A stretch of DNA of 64,000 nucleotides, taken from positions 96,001-160,000 of the forward strand of contig JAHPZA010000004.1 of the NCBI GenBank assembly GCA_019058445.1. The letters are read 5' to 3'. Below the pieces are notes generated by a model that searched no databases, was not told the DNA's origin, and saw nothing but the letters and a program-made list of their open reading frames with translations. The stretch comes from Promethearchaeota archaeon (lineage in GTDB: Archaea; Asgardarchaeota; Lokiarchaeia; Sigyniarchaeales; SOKP01). Each line of letters starts with the position of its first letter. Position 1 is the stretch's first letter. The translations under genes were made by a program, and so were the position numbers. Positions 40,401-51,165 of the stretch are shown in pieces.

Positions 40401-41261
40401 TTATTTTTTGGTCAATCGTCCCTTTTTGTGCCTTTTATGTTGCCTTTTAAGAAATCTAAAAGCAGGAGGGCCCATCCCATCTGGTAAATCTATGAGCATA
40501 AACTTCGAGGGCATTCCCATATTGAATTTATCAGCACTTTTAAATAAATTTTCCATTATATAAAATAATTTTTTAGAGGGAAATCCAATTGCCATCTCAT
40601 CTTCAGTGGTCATCGATAAGGTTCTATCTCCCGTTCCAGGTAAAACAACGTGAGTTTCATTAGAAATATAAGGAATTAATACTCCTTTGATACACGATTC
40701 TCCATAGCCAAGGAAAAATTGGTCTTTTACAAGATTTCTACCCTCATATTCTAAGGCGTGTATGATATGAGTTATTTGAGCAGGGCTCCCATAGCAGAGG
40801 ATTACATCTGGTTTAATATTGGTTTTGTTCAATGGAGATATAATAAAACCTATATTTCCTTTTATTTTTTCCATGGATTCCTTATTTAAGTATTTTCCAA
40901 ACAGGAGTTGAATGGATAATTCAGCACTAGGTCCGCTATGATATTTTGAAATTATCTGCGATTTCAGAATTTCTTTACCCGGCATGTAATCCCATCCGTG
41001 AACAAAACTACTAGTAATGCAGTGATTGTCTTCAAAGGTCATGACCACTGTGCGACCCCATCTTCGGGCCATGGTAAACGCTTGACATAATGCAAATTTT
41101 TGTTGTATTTTTGAGGGTTGTATGATTCCAGTTTCTTCTGGAATTTCTGACTCATCCTTAAAATATTTGATTGCAAGAGGGAACGTTAATAACCGCAATT
41201 TATCATATAATTTTTGACCCTCTTTCTGATAATCTTCTAATTGGTATTTTGAACTTGACAT
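40401..41261 (-). CDS. DUF169-family protein
   Basis: LRLLTFPLAIKY, CQAFTMARR.G, PDV.L.YG.PAQ, GESC, PGTGDR. Confidence 0.85.
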   Translation of the reverse strand: MSSSKYQLEDYQKEGQKLYDKLRLLTFPLAIKYFKDESEIPEETGIIQPSKIQQKFALCQAFTMARRWGRTVVMTFEDNHCITSSFVHGWDYMPGKEILKSQIISKYHSGPSAELSIQLLFGKYLNKESMEKIKGNIGFIISPLNKTNIKPDVILCYGSPAQITHIIHALEYEGRNLVKDQFFLGYGESCIKGVLIPYISNETHVVLPGTGDRTLSMTTEDEMAIGFPSKKLFYIMENLFKSADKFNMGMPSKFMLIDLPDGMGPPAFRFLKRQHKRHKKGRLTKK

Positions 41262-41306
41262 CTTATCTCTCTCAAATTTCTTTAAAAATAAAAAAAAATT
41301 AGTTAA

Positions 41307-41825
41307 TTATTTATTTAATAAGGATTTAGCAAATTCTTTAGCTCTTTCAAGATCTTTATCATCAGGGCGTCCTTTAATTTTTTCCATATGCTCTTCGGCT
41401 TTTTTTTTTTGTTCAGCAGGAAGCTTAGATAACATCTCTATTTGCTTTTCTTGAGGTATTCCAATATTTTCTCCTATACAGTCAAATTCGCCTAAAACTA
41501 CTGAATTGTTTTTTTCAATTTTTTTTCCAATTCTACTAAAAGCCTTTTGATAAGCTGTTGGACTAGCATGAGTATTAAAAAAAGCAAATTTAGGAGCAAA
41601 TTCGGTGACTTTACTCATAAGATCTTTCATAGTTTTCCCAATAGCACCTCCATAGATGCCAGACCCTAAAAAGACAAGATCGTATGATTTTAGGCTTGAA
41701 GGATCAACCTCTTTAGCGGGTAGTATTGAGACATCTTGTCCCTCTTCAACTAATCCCTCTTTCATGCTTTTCGCAACCTTTTCAGTATTTCCGGTACCCG
41801 AATGATACGCAATCAAAATTTTCAT
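41307..41825 (-). CDS. Flavodoxin family protein
   Basis: YHSGTGNTEKVA, LGSGIY. Confidence 0.9.
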   Translation of the reverse strand: MKILIAYHSGTGNTEKVAKSMKEGLVEEGQDVSILPAKEVDPSSLKSYDLVFLGSGIYGGAIGKTMKDLMSKVTEFAPKFAFFNTHASPTAYQKAFSRIGKKIEKNNSVVLGEFDCIGENIGIPQEKQIEMLSKLPAEQKKKAEEHMEKIKGRPDDKDLERAKEFAKSLLNK

Positions 41826-41892
41826 ATTTTACACTTTTTTTTATATTTTTTTTATCTCTAATTAAGGGTATATTTTTTGATAAGATTTTTCT

Positions 41893-42714
41893 TTATTTTT
41901 TTATTCGTTTTCTTAAAAACGGCCAAACCGGCGCTTCTGCAGGTTTTCCAAATATGGAAATCGGACCCAATGAAGCATTTAAATGAGGTATTCCAAATGC
42001 CTGGGTTGGAAGTTTACCTCCAGCTTTAAATAAATTATTTAGAACATGTTCAAATTTGCTTTCCAGAATAGAAAATAACATCTCATCATTTTGAACACCT
42101 CCCATTACTCGATCCCCCATACCTGGGCAGACTACTTGACACTGATTAGTTTTATAAGTTCTAACAATACCTTCTTTGCAAGAAGCTTCCATTCCATTGA
42201 AAGTACTATTAATATATTCCCCATCATATGTGGCAGCTAATATTAAATGTGAGAGTATAAGTGGTGGACAATAAATCATAACCAGATGGGGTTTAACAAT
42301 AGTAAGGTTTAAAGGTGATACAATTATACCTTTAATTTCTCCAAAATTCAAAAGAGTGTCTACTTCACGAGATTGTTTCTCTGCTGATATATCTCTTTTG
42401 TACCCTGCTTTTTTGGCCCATGCTACAAAAACATCATCTGGATTTTTGGTCTCCTCAAGACCAAAATATAATATAGATGCTGGCTTACATGCGATATCAT
42501 TACCCGTTAAAAAAAATGAGAATCCAGAGCGTCTACACCAAGTATAAGTTAAACAGGCAGGAACTTCAGAACCAAAAACCTCGTGAGGTCTGAGAGCGTT
42601 TGAAGTAACCTCCTCATCTGGTGCAACTAACCTTATAGCCACAGGATAAGTGAGGAGTTTTAAATTATCTATGAAATCCTGCCCAATTTTTTTATATCTT
42701 TCAAGATCTTCCAA
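41893..42714 (-). CDS. DUF169-family protein
   Basis: LKLLTYPVAI, EASC, CPGMGDR. Confidence 0.85.
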   Translation of the reverse strand: MEDLERYKKIGQDFIDNLKLLTYPVAIRLVAPDEEVTSNALRPHEVFGSEVPACLTYTWCRRSGFSFFLTGNDIACKPASILYFGLEETKNPDDVFVAWAKKAGYKRDISAEKQSREVDTLLNFGEIKGIIVSPLNLTIVKPHLVMIYCPPLILSHLILAATYDGEYINSTFNGMEASCKEGIVRTYKTNQCQVVCPGMGDRVMGGVQNDEMLFSILESKFEHVLNNLFKAGGKLPTQAFGIPHLNASLGPISIFGKPAEAPVWPFLRKRIKK

Positions 42715-42767
42715 TAATTTTCATCTCATTTTTATTAATTTTTAAATAAGATTTAACACAGAGGGAT

Positions 42768-43919
42768 TTATAAATCTCCCTTTTCAATACAGCCACTTTT
42801 TATCAATAGCTTATAACTCTTTTTCTTATCCTCCATTTTAGGTCCACAAATAATCTGACAGTTCGCGCATGTTGGAATATAGTCTTCTTTAGGCTTGTTA
42901 TGTAAACCGTAAAGAATTGTTCTAATCATTTTAAGCACATTTTCAGCTTTTCTTCCCCCCTCTATAATTGCTCTATACATGATATCTTGATAAAAATCAT
43001 CAACAGTATCATCTAAGGGAAGTTGCTCCACATCCTCGATTCCATAGCTTTTCAAACGATAAGGACTCCAGGTACTCCATTCTTTAAATCTATTTTGCCC
43101 AATAAAACCTCCACAAACGGCAGCACAATATGAGTAAGAGCTTCTTTTTCCGATAATTTCTTCAGTACCCCCAACTATTATTTTTTCTGCTTCGTCTTTT
43201 GAGAAGAATCCTCCTTGACAAACTCTTTCACATAATTTACACATTACACAGGGATTATCCTTTAATGGCTCATCAGGTTTTAATTTAGCATCTGTAAGAA
43301 CAGAAGTAAACATGATTCTCGCACCATATTTTTCAGTAATTATATTCCCGCTCCATCCAATTCTCCCTAATCCTGCAGCCTCAGCAGCACACCTATGAGA
43401 AAATTCTGGTACAAAATCGACCCTACCTTTTTTAAATCCGATTTCAAGCATTTTTTTCAAATTATCAAATGTCTTTTGTTCCGCTTTAGACAGAGAAGAA
43501 CTTTCATCTTTTTGTTTATTAATTAAGCTAACAAAAGTTTCTAAAGCTTTATAAGTAGTTTCATTTAGTTTTGCATTTCTGTAATCAAAATTAATTTTAC
43601 AGTTAAAAGCCTTGAATCCTTTCTCCTCTAAATAAGTCTTAATTTTATCCCCTATAGCATATAATTTTTTATTTATCTCATCTGATTTTAAGCAGAAAGA
43701 ATCCCTATCTTTTTTTGCGAGATATCTTTCAATGCTTTTCTCGTCTTGCTTTAACGCTATGCTTACTACAGACTGAGCACCAGGCAATAAATAATTGGGA
43801 TCTGAAAATAGTTTATTTTTTATACTATCAGTAGAGCAAATACCTACTAAAACCACCCCCTCATTAAGAGCAATTTTTTTAACTTGTTGTTCTAATGAAG
43901 AACTTTCTGTTATGGTCAT
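42768..43919 (-). CDS. QueG/reductive-dehalogenase-like corrinoid Fe-S protein
   Basis: AEAAGLGRIGWSG..IT..YG, CVMCKLCERVC, CANCQIIC. Confidence 0.8.
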   Translation of the reverse strand: MTITESSSLEQQVKKIALNEGVVLVGICSTDSIKNKLFSDPNYLLPGAQSVVSIALKQDEKSIERYLAKKDRDSFCLKSDEINKKLYAIGDKIKTYLEEKGFKAFNCKINFDYRNAKLNETTYKALETFVSLINKQKDESSSLSKAEQKTFDNLKKMLEIGFKKGRVDFVPEFSHRCAAEAAGLGRIGWSGNIITEKYGARIMFTSVLTDAKLKPDEPLKDNPCVMCKLCERVCQGGFFSKDEAEKIIVGGTEEIIGKRSSYSYCAAVCGGFIGQNRFKEWSTWSPYRLKSYGIEDVEQLPLDDTVDDFYQDIMYRAIIEGGRKAENVLKMIRTILYGLHNKPKEDYIPTCANCQIICGPKMEDKKKSYKLLIKSGCIEKGDL

Positions 43920-43975
43920 TATCAACTTTCACCATTTTTGCGTTATTTTTTTTGATTATTTTATTATTAAAAACC

Positions 43976-45493
43976 TTATGACATTGACATCCTTTTAGGA
44001 TAACGGCTTTGAGCATTTAAATTTTCCCAAAATAGCTTTTCCAATAATTCATGACGTAAGTCTGGTTGTGAATCCCATAAATTATTCAATTCAAGCGGAT
44101 CATTTTTACGATCAAATAAATCTCCGTACCCTTTTACGCTATTATAAACTGTTAATTTATAATCTTCAGTAATAAAATGTCTCAACCTCGTTTTTACGTT
44201 CAGATTTTCTATTTCTTCATCATGCTCAACTAAACAAAAATCCCTTACTTTCTCCCGAGGATCTTTTAAAACGGGAGTGATATCAACACCCTGCATATCA
44301 CGGGGTTGACGCCGTGGTTTAATACCCACTAAACTCAAGATTGTCTTAGATATATCAATCGAACTTACGAGAGAAACTGATACTCCCGGTTTAGTTACTC
44401 CTGGTATTTTCCAAATTAAAGGAACATTTAAAATGCCATTAAAGGGACATGGCCCCTTTAATATGACTCCGTGATCTCCCATAAGATCTCCGTGATCGCT
44501 GGTGTAAATAACCATTGTATTATCTGCCAAACCTAATTTATCTAAAGCTGCTAAAATTTGACCTACACTGTCATCAATCATTGAAAGTGTACCATATGTA
44601 TAAGCTATAAAGTTTTTTGCTTCTTCCTCAGTCGTGATACGTAAGATCATTCCCCTGAAAAAAGGGTTGTTCAAGAGTTGACCTAAAAACTTATGATTTT
44701 TCAAATTTCCCACATCTTTAAAACTCGCAGGAAGTTCTATATCTTCTGGATCATACATTTTTTTATATTTTCCGGGAGGATTTACGGGATGATGGGGATC
44801 TGGGTATGAACACATTAAAAAGAACGGTTGATCTCCGTACTCCCCTTTAGCATACCCTTCTAAAAATTGTGTAGCTCGTTCTGTAATATACGAGGTTGGA
44901 TAAAGCTCTTCAGGGAGGTTGGTATCGTAATATGGTTTAAATATGTGGGACCAACCTTTTGATTTTATTTCTTCAATGTAATGAGGAGCCCTTTCTTCTA
45001 GCCAATTAAAATAATGCCCAGAACAAATTTCACCGTGGCCTACTATCAAATCTACGTCTTTAAATCCATAATACGGGAGTGGAAAACTTTCAGTCATATG
45101 CTTACGCTCTTTATTGCTAAACCAAACGTTTCCCGATTCTGCAGATTTATACTCTTTCTTAAAGGGAGGGGTTGAGAATTGAAGATGGATTTTTCCTATT
45201 GACTTAGTATAATAACCCTTTTTCAACAAGGTTTCCGTAAAAGTTGGAACAGTTTCCGACAAATTCACTCCAGCAGTTCTGTTTCCATGCATGTTAGGAT
45301 ACATTCCCGTAAATATACTTGCTCTATTGGGCATACATATTGGGTTTGCAACGTACATGTTTGTAAAGCGTACGCCATCTCCCGCTAACCTATCCAAATT
45401 AGGAGTTTTTAGAATAGGATTTCCTGCACAACCAAGATGGTCGGCTCTCTGTTGATCCGTTATAAAAAACAGAATATTCATGTTTTCACTCAT
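43976..45493 (-). CDS. Formylglycine-dependent sulfatase
   Basis: NILFFITDQQRAD, CMPNR (CxPxR), GKIH, DPHHP, TSDHGD. Confidence 0.93.
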   Translation of the reverse strand: MSENMNILFFITDQQRADHLGCAGNPILKTPNLDRLAGDGVRFTNMYVANPICMPNRASIFTGMYPNMHGNRTAGVNLSETVPTFTETLLKKGYYTKSIGKIHLQFSTPPFKKEYKSAESGNVWFSNKERKHMTESFPLPYYGFKDVDLIVGHGEICSGHYFNWLEERAPHYIEEIKSKGWSHIFKPYYDTNLPEELYPTSYITERATQFLEGYAKGEYGDQPFFLMCSYPDPHHPVNPPGKYKKMYDPEDIELPASFKDVGNLKNHKFLGQLLNNPFFRGMILRITTEEEAKNFIAYTYGTLSMIDDSVGQILAALDKLGLADNTMVIYTSDHGDLMGDHGVILKGPCPFNGILNVPLIWKIPGVTKPGVSVSLVSSIDISKTILSLVGIKPRRQPRDMQGVDITPVLKDPREKVRDFCLVEHDEEIENLNVKTRLRHFITEDYKLTVYNSVKGYGDLFDRKNDPLELNNLWDSQPDLRHELLEKLFWENLNAQSRYPKRMSMS

Positions 45494-45571
45494 AATAATC
45501 AATTTCACATATTAAAGACTTTAGAATATTTAATAACTTACAATGAAAAATAAAAATAGTATTTAAATTTT

Positions 45572-46684
45572 TTAAGGCATCACACCAGGAGTGGTTTTTT
45601 CTTTTTTCCTTATTTTTTTCTTGTAATCCTTGTAATAGAGTCGTTTATGTTTTGCGGGCATCTTCTCAAATTCTTGCTTTGCCTTGTCAGGAGGCAATAC
45701 AACAATCTCTCCATCTTCCTTTTGAATAATACATCCAGAGTTTTTTAATATCTTGTAATTTTTTGCGGTCTCAGCAGGATCTCCCCAGCAAATTAAATTA
45801 CAGTTTCCACAAGTAAGTTGAATTTTTCCTTGATCACCATAAGAGGCAGGATTATATCCTTTGGAATGATCTTTAATAAGTGGTCTTTTTGGTTGAGCAG
45901 TCATACCAAGCGTAATAAGGCGATTGACTTCATAATCGTCTTCTGGATTATCATATCGACCTGGACTCCATGTAGACCATTGTCCACTGTTATGTAATCC
46001 ATTAATTCCTCCACAAACTAATACACATCTCAGCTTGTTAATTCTTTTAGCATATGAAAAAGTATATCCCCCTAGAGTTACTGAAGTTTCTTCTTCATCA
46101 GAGAACATACCATATCCACATACTTTTGTACACAATTTACATTTGTTGCAGAAAGATTCTTCTGGCGGTAAAGGGTCCGTTGGTTCCAGTTTTGCATCTG
46201 TAACTACACCACCTACAATTATTGGTGTACCAAAACCTTTTATTCCGACACTACCATTCCACCCAAAAGAGGCAACGCCAGAACGAGCAGCAAGATACCT
46301 TAATGAAAGCTCGGGAGGTAATGAAGCTTGCCATCCGGGGACATCTTCTCGATATTTATTATTTGGAACAACAGCTTCGGCCTTATACCCTTTTTCCCGC
46401 AAATAGTCTCTTACGACTTTAGCCAATCGCCACGCTTTAATATTAGTCTCAATATTATCTTGTTCATGATCTGCCCGCCCGTTTGGTAATTCCTTTGCTA
46501 AAAATGGACGAATTAAGTCCTTGTTCAAGGGAATAGCAAAACTTACAGCAGATTCGGCTTCTGGTAATAAATATGTTATATCAGCACCTGGCGGACCTCC
46601 AGCCATGGTTTCAAGCGTAGCAAAACCAACTTTCATGGCTCCACGCTCGATTAACATTTTTTCAATCTCTTCATTTAGAGTAAT
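45572..46684 (-). CDS. QueG/reductive-dehalogenase-like Fe-S protein; probable ATT start
   Basis: SLRYLAARSGVASFGWNG, CNKCKLCTKVC, CGNCNLIC; frame extends upstream to (I)TLNEEIEKMLIERGA. Confidence 0.8.
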   Translation of the reverse strand: MTLNEEIEKMLIERGAMKVGFATLETMAGGPPGADITYLLPEAESAVSFAIPLNKDLIRPFLAKELPNGRADHEQDNIETNIKAWRLAKVVRDYLREKGYKAEAVVPNNKYREDVPGWQASLPPELSLRYLAARSGVASFGWNGSVGIKGFGTPIIVGGVVTDAKLEPTDPLPPEESFCNKCKLCTKVCGYGMFSDEEETSVTLGGYTFSYAKRINKLRCVLVCGGINGLHNSGQWSTWSPGRYDNPEDDYEVNRLITLGMTAQPKRPLIKDHSKGYNPASYGDQGKIQLTCGNCNLICWGDPAETAKNYKILKNSGCIIQKEDGEIVVLPPDKAKQEFEKMPAKHKRLYYKDYKKKIRKKEKTTPGVMP

Positions 46685-46775
46685 AATTAAACCACTATTT
46701 TTTTGGTAATTTTGATAAAATCAAAAAAAATTAAATCATATTATTAATATTATAAATTTAACTTCTATAAAAAAG

Positions 46776-46791
46776 TTTACACTGGCGTATA
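46776..46791. promoter_or_regulatory. Candidate operator TTTAC-N6-GTAWA (site 1)
   Basis: TTTACACTGGCGTATA, 9 nt before the regulator ATG; related sites at 49389 and 56318. Confidence 0.55.
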
Positions 46792-46800
46792 CTTACAGAA

Positions 46801-47505
46801 ATGTCAGAAAAGAAATTAAAAAAAACTAGAAAAGGTATAAACTGGGCAGATGAGATTCTCAATTATCTAAAAGAGAATCCATTTGGAGTAACAATTACTG
46901 ATATTGCTGAAGGTATGGATCCTCAAACAACTAGAGTTACAGTTCATAAATATATCAAACTCTTACTTAAACAAGGAAAAGTATTTGCCAGAGAAGTTGG
47001 TGTCTATAACCTTTATTATAGTTCTGAAAGAATGTTCCTACCTCTAAATTTTGTAAGTAAATTTTACAACGGAATTTTGACGGGGCTTAAAGCGAAATTT
47101 TCAAATAAGAAAGAATTTAAAGAACTTGGTTATGTTGTCTCCGATGTGATGATCAGAGAACTAATAGAACAATTTCCTAAATCTTTACGAGACCAAATCA
47201 AATCATTTAAGGATTTTTTACAATATTTTGCGAAGTTATATCCATATTTAGACATTGTTCCCGACAGTAACTTAATTATTGAAGAAGACATTAGTGAAGA
47301 TGGAAATAAGGCAATATTTCATTTTAAAAATACTAAACTTTTTAACCTCTCTAAGGATTTTGAATACCACTTTTACATACTTACGGGAATGATGGAACGC
47401 TCGCTCTCAAGAATATTCCGAATAAAATTAGCTGTCGAAATTGAATCAATTAACATTGACGAAAAAAGCGTTAAAATTTCTGTGGCAAAAATAAAGGACA
47501 ATTAA
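46801..47505 (+). CDS. wHTH transcriptional regulator with C-terminal V4R/HNOX-like domain
   Basis: ILNYLKENPFGVTITDIA...RVTVHKYIKLL...G.V..REVG; C-terminal domain assignment tentative. Confidence 0.8.
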   Translation: MSEKKLKKTRKGINWADEILNYLKENPFGVTITDIAEGMDPQTTRVTVHKYIKLLLKQGKVFAREVGVYNLYYSSERMFLPLNFVSKFYNGILTGLKAKFSNKKEFKELGYVVSDVMIRELIEQFPKSLRDQIKSFKDFLQYFAKLYPYLDIVPDSNLIIEEDISEDGNKAIFHFKNTKLFNLSKDFEYHFYILTGMMERSLSRIFRIKLAVEIESINIDEKSVKISVAKIKDN

Positions 47506-47539
47506 ATTCAAAAATAAAATAAAAATACAAGTTTATTTA

Positions 47540-48367
47540 TTATTCTTGTTTTAGCTTCTTATCGATAACTTCGCGCATATATTTAAAACCAGGCGTTAAA
47601 TTTTCGTCTAAGTTGAGGGGAAGAATTTGTCTTAACGGAAGTTTCAACCCTTGACCTCCACCTACTTTAAACATGTTTTCAAGCACATAAAAAACGTATT
47701 TAGCTGGCATTCCAATGGCCAATTCGTGGTCTTGAATCCCGGCAAATGAACGATCACCGGCACCGGGAATGACGATCTGAGGTTTTCGAGTGATAAAGGG
47801 CATGAAACCACCTTTTGCACATGATTCTCCAAAACCTTCGAAGGATGATCGGATTGAATATTTACTCTTATGCTCATAGGTTAAAGCATGTATAAGATAT
47901 GTTAATTGACGGCCATCACCATAGGTTAATACAGTATCGGGAACAATTAGAGTCTCCGGTAAGGGCGAACAGACTACTCCTCGATAACCTAAAGCTATGA
48001 CATTCTTGAAATTTTTTGCATATTGTTCCGAAGCTCTCCTTCTTTCTGCTTGCGGATCTTTCGACCATCCTTGACGAATTTGGCTTTCAATAAATTCTTC
48101 TTCGCTAATATCAACCCATCCGTGCCCTACTGAAGATGGTGTGCAGAAATTGTCTGCCGAAGTTATGGCATAAGTACCACCAAAACGGCGGGCTTGAGTG
48201 AAAGCTTGACATATTGACATTTTATGCCCTTTAAGTATTGGTCTAATTGCTTTATCCGGGATCTCCTTAAGATCTTTAATATACTTTATCGCAACCGGGT
48301 AAGTGGCAAGATGTAGTTTATCATATAATTCCTGGCCAGCTTTTCGGTATTCTTCTATACTTGTCAT
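47540..48367 (-). CDS. DUF169-family protein
   Basis: LHLATYPVAIKY, CQAFTQARR.G, GESC, PGAGDR. Confidence 0.85.
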   Translation of the reverse strand: MTSIEEYRKAGQELYDKLHLATYPVAIKYIKDLKEIPDKAIRPILKGHKMSICQAFTQARRFGGTYAITSADNFCTPSSVGHGWVDISEEEFIESQIRQGWSKDPQAERRRASEQYAKNFKNVIALGYRGVVCSPLPETLIVPDTVLTYGDGRQLTYLIHALTYEHKSKYSIRSSFEGFGESCAKGGFMPFITRKPQIVIPGAGDRSFAGIQDHELAIGMPAKYVFYVLENMFKVGGGQGLKLPLRQILPLNLDENLTPGFKYMREVIDKKLKQE

Positions 48368-48457
48368 AATTCTTTTTCACAATTTATTTCGTTTTGATTT
48401 CTTTTTTTTTTTAAATGTAATTCTTATTTTTTACATAAATTTTGAGTTAAAAACAGA

Positions 48458-49324
48458 TTAATTATTTTGTTTTGATTTTTTTGGAATTCCTGGAGGACAT
48501 ACTTTCAAGCACACAGAACAATAACTTCTTTCCGCTAAAGTTTCCATGCACTTTTGCCAGTCTATGTGCGTGAGGACCCCTCCTTTTTTTTCAATAGGCT
48601 TTTTATACACGGCATTTGCTAGACAATCTTCTACACAGATTCCACAGTTTTTACAAAAATTTTCTAATTCGCTAAGATCTCTTTTGTTGGTTTCTGGTAT
48701 CTCAGCATCAGTCGTAATTATCCCCCATCTTTGCCTTGGTCCAAATTCAGGTGTAATAGTAATACCGTTTTGACCTTTTATTCCTAAATGTGCTGCTACA
48801 ACATGTGGCCCAACTAATAGTTTTCCTCCAAATGGAACATGGGACTCGCTTTTATATCCTTGTTCTTGTAGATATGTGGTTAATTCCATTACGGTGTTGC
48901 CTAAAACATATTGTAATCGCATTGATTCCATGGCAGTAAGTAAGCTAGGAGCTTCTTTAATCCTTTCCCATTTCATCTCTTGTCCAAGAATCACTGCATT
49001 TTTACCATATACTTTTAAATTGTAAAAAATATATTTTTCCATAACAGGAATAGAGCCAATTAGATCTACTCCCACAGCTCTTGCTCTCTTTTCAAAATCT
49101 TCCCAAAATTCCGGAGTTGTTTTTATTTTAGTGGTGTTTTTATTATTGTATTTAGTTTGGCGAGATAAGTTCCATGTCTTAAACGTCCCGCTGGTATATT
49201 TACTAAATAATCGAGCATCTTCACGACTTAATTTATCACCGTCTCTTGATTTAAGATTAAAAAATCGAGTGTCAGAGTTGAATTTTAACTCTTCATTTTT
49301 CCCAATATAAGTCGGTTTTAACAA
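48458..49324 (-). CDS. Reductive-dehalogenase/QueG-like 4Fe-4S protein
   Basis: AHLGIKGQNGITITPEFGPRQR...TTD, FCKNCGICVEDC, CSVCLKVCP. Confidence 0.8.
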   Translation of the reverse strand: MLKPTYIGKNEELKFNSDTRFFNLKSRDGDKLSREDARLFSKYTSGTFKTWNLSRQTKYNNKNTTKIKTTPEFWEDFEKRARAVGVDLIGSIPVMEKYIFYNLKVYGKNAVILGQEMKWERIKEAPSLLTAMESMRLQYVLGNTVMELTTYLQEQGYKSESHVPFGGKLLVGPHVVAAHLGIKGQNGITITPEFGPRQRWGIITTDAEIPETNKRDLSELENFCKNCGICVEDCLANAVYKKPIEKKGGVLTHIDWQKCMETLAERSYCSVCLKVCPPGIPKKSKQNN

Positions 49325-49388
49325 TATTATTTAGCTCAATTATCATTAATTCCAGCTTGAATAATATAAATTAAATTTGTTTAAAAAC

Positions 49389-49404
49389 TTTACATTGGCG
49401 CATA
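49389..49404. promoter_or_regulatory. Candidate operator (site 2)
   Basis: TTTACATTGGCGCATA upstream of 48458-49324. Confidence 0.55.
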
Positions 49405-49478
49405 GTTTCACAAAAATGTAAAAAGAATAATTAAAATAAAATGTTGAAACTGATATAAACCAGTATTAACAATATTGT

Positions 49479-50960
49479 TTATTTCTTTTTGTTTAATTTA
49501 TCGTCAATACCAGCTATTTCTTTTACCATTTTTTTTCTGGCTTCAATATCATATTGAGATGTAATTGCAATCTGTTCCATTACGGGTGAGCCTCCTCCAT
49601 GGTACCCACCAACTTGTGCAATTCCGCCAGTTGCAGAGCAGAGCATATCTCCAACAAAGCGCCAGAATTGAGCAGCATTTTCAGGTGCGATCTGAGGATT
49701 TCTAGTAATATATTTATAGAGATGATCCTTCAGTTCTGGATTTAGGAAATCTTTTTCATGAGGGAACGTGGCTGGAATACCCCCTGAGAGGTCACAGATA
49801 ATTTCTGCCTCACGATATACATTTTCTCCAGTTATACATCTTCCGACATTCGCATAAATTGAATTGGGAATATAACTTCCAGGACCATACGGAATGAGTC
49901 CTACACCTGGAACGAATACCTCAGGTTTTCCTAAATCTGAAGCAGTGTATCCTGCGGCATACCCAAGTTCTCCAACCATGATGAGTTCCGCCAATTTAGC
50001 CCTTACATGAGAAGATTTATGAATATTATTATATTCTGCTGCTAAAGCGGCTGTGCCTACAACTATATCTCCTATGGCTGGCTTACATCCCGAGTAACTA
50101 TGACGATGAAAGAGACCAAATAGTAAGGCAAGAGCACCACCATGTTGATATTCGCCACATAAAAAGACTCGTTCCCATGGAACAAAGACATCATCAAAGA
50201 TGATATATGAATCTGTAGCTCCCGGCATAAATCCTCGTTTGAAATGTTCTCTTGGTCGAAGATTATGAATGGTTACTGATTGGATTACCCCATCATAATC
50301 ACCTGGGACTGCGAAAGAAACAGCATAATCTTTATCTTCTTTTCTTAAGGCCCTTGTAGGAACAACTAGAATTTCATCAGAAACAGAAGCTTCAGAAATG
50401 TGAAGCTTGCATCCACGAACTACGATGCCATCATCATTTTTGTCTACTACATGAACATACATATCTGGGTCAGCTTGATCTGCTGGACGTTTTATCCGAT
50501 CACCTTTCACATCAGTTTGAGCAGCAGCTGCTATTAAATCTTCCTTTTGAAAACGTAACAACCATTTTTTAAAGTTCTCGTGATAATTTGTTTTTCCCTT
50601 ATTTACCTTATCTGCTTCAAAGCTCACATTGTAGACCGCATTAGCAGCATCGCAACCCATGCAGCGTTGAATACAACCGCCTACTTTCTGACAGAGTTTT
50701 CGTGTCATGTCTTGCTTTTTATGAAGATCTTCAGTGCTATGATGAATATGTGTAAATCTATTTATTATTTCACCTGTAAGATGAGATTTTACAAGCATTA
50801 AATCCTTAAATTCTGGATTATTAACCACCTCAAATGTAGTTCCAATGGTGTTGATACAATGCATTTGCCGCTCATCCAATCTATCAATTTTCTCGCCATC
50901 ATAGTAGATGTTTTTTTTCATTCTGCCTAAATCTTTCATGTATTCTTCTTTTGTTCTCAA
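49479..50960 (-). CDS. 4-hydroxybutyryl-CoA dehydratase / HpaB family (AbfD-like)
   Basis: CIQRCMG and HRHSYSGCK (Cys/Cys/His/Cys Fe-S ligands), QTDVKGDR, HGGGSP. Confidence 0.85.
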   Translation of the reverse strand: MRTKEEYMKDLGRMKKNIYYDGEKIDRLDERQMHCINTIGTTFEVVNNPEFKDLMLVKSHLTGEIINRFTHIHHSTEDLHKKQDMTRKLCQKVGGCIQRCMGCDAANAVYNVSFEADKVNKGKTNYHENFKKWLLRFQKEDLIAAAAQTDVKGDRIKRPADQADPDMYVHVVDKNDDGIVVRGCKLHISEASVSDEILVVPTRALRKEDKDYAVSFAVPGDYDGVIQSVTIHNLRPREHFKRGFMPGATDSYIIFDDVFVPWERVFLCGEYQHGGALALLFGLFHRHSYSGCKPAIGDIVVGTAALAAEYNNIHKSSHVRAKLAELIMVGELGYAAGYTASDLGKPEVFVPGVGLIPYGPGSYIPNSIYANVGRCITGENVYREAEIICDLSGGIPATFPHEKDFLNPELKDHLYKYITRNPQIAPENAAQFWRFVGDMLCSATGGIAQVGGYHGGGSPVMEQIAITSQYDIEARKKMVKEIAGIDDKLNKKK

Positions 50961-51165
50961 TTTTAATTCTCACTTTTTTTGTTTTTATTAATTATATATT
51001 CTAATTAAAAGAATAAATTGCATAAAAACTTTACATCAATACATCAATGCTTTTTCTGAGGTTTTTCTAGGATTTCAGGTTTTTTATCCGCTTTATTTTA
51101 AAAAAACAAAATATATAATCTTGTATTGAATTTTAACGATTAATAAATCTAAAAAGTGATATAGG

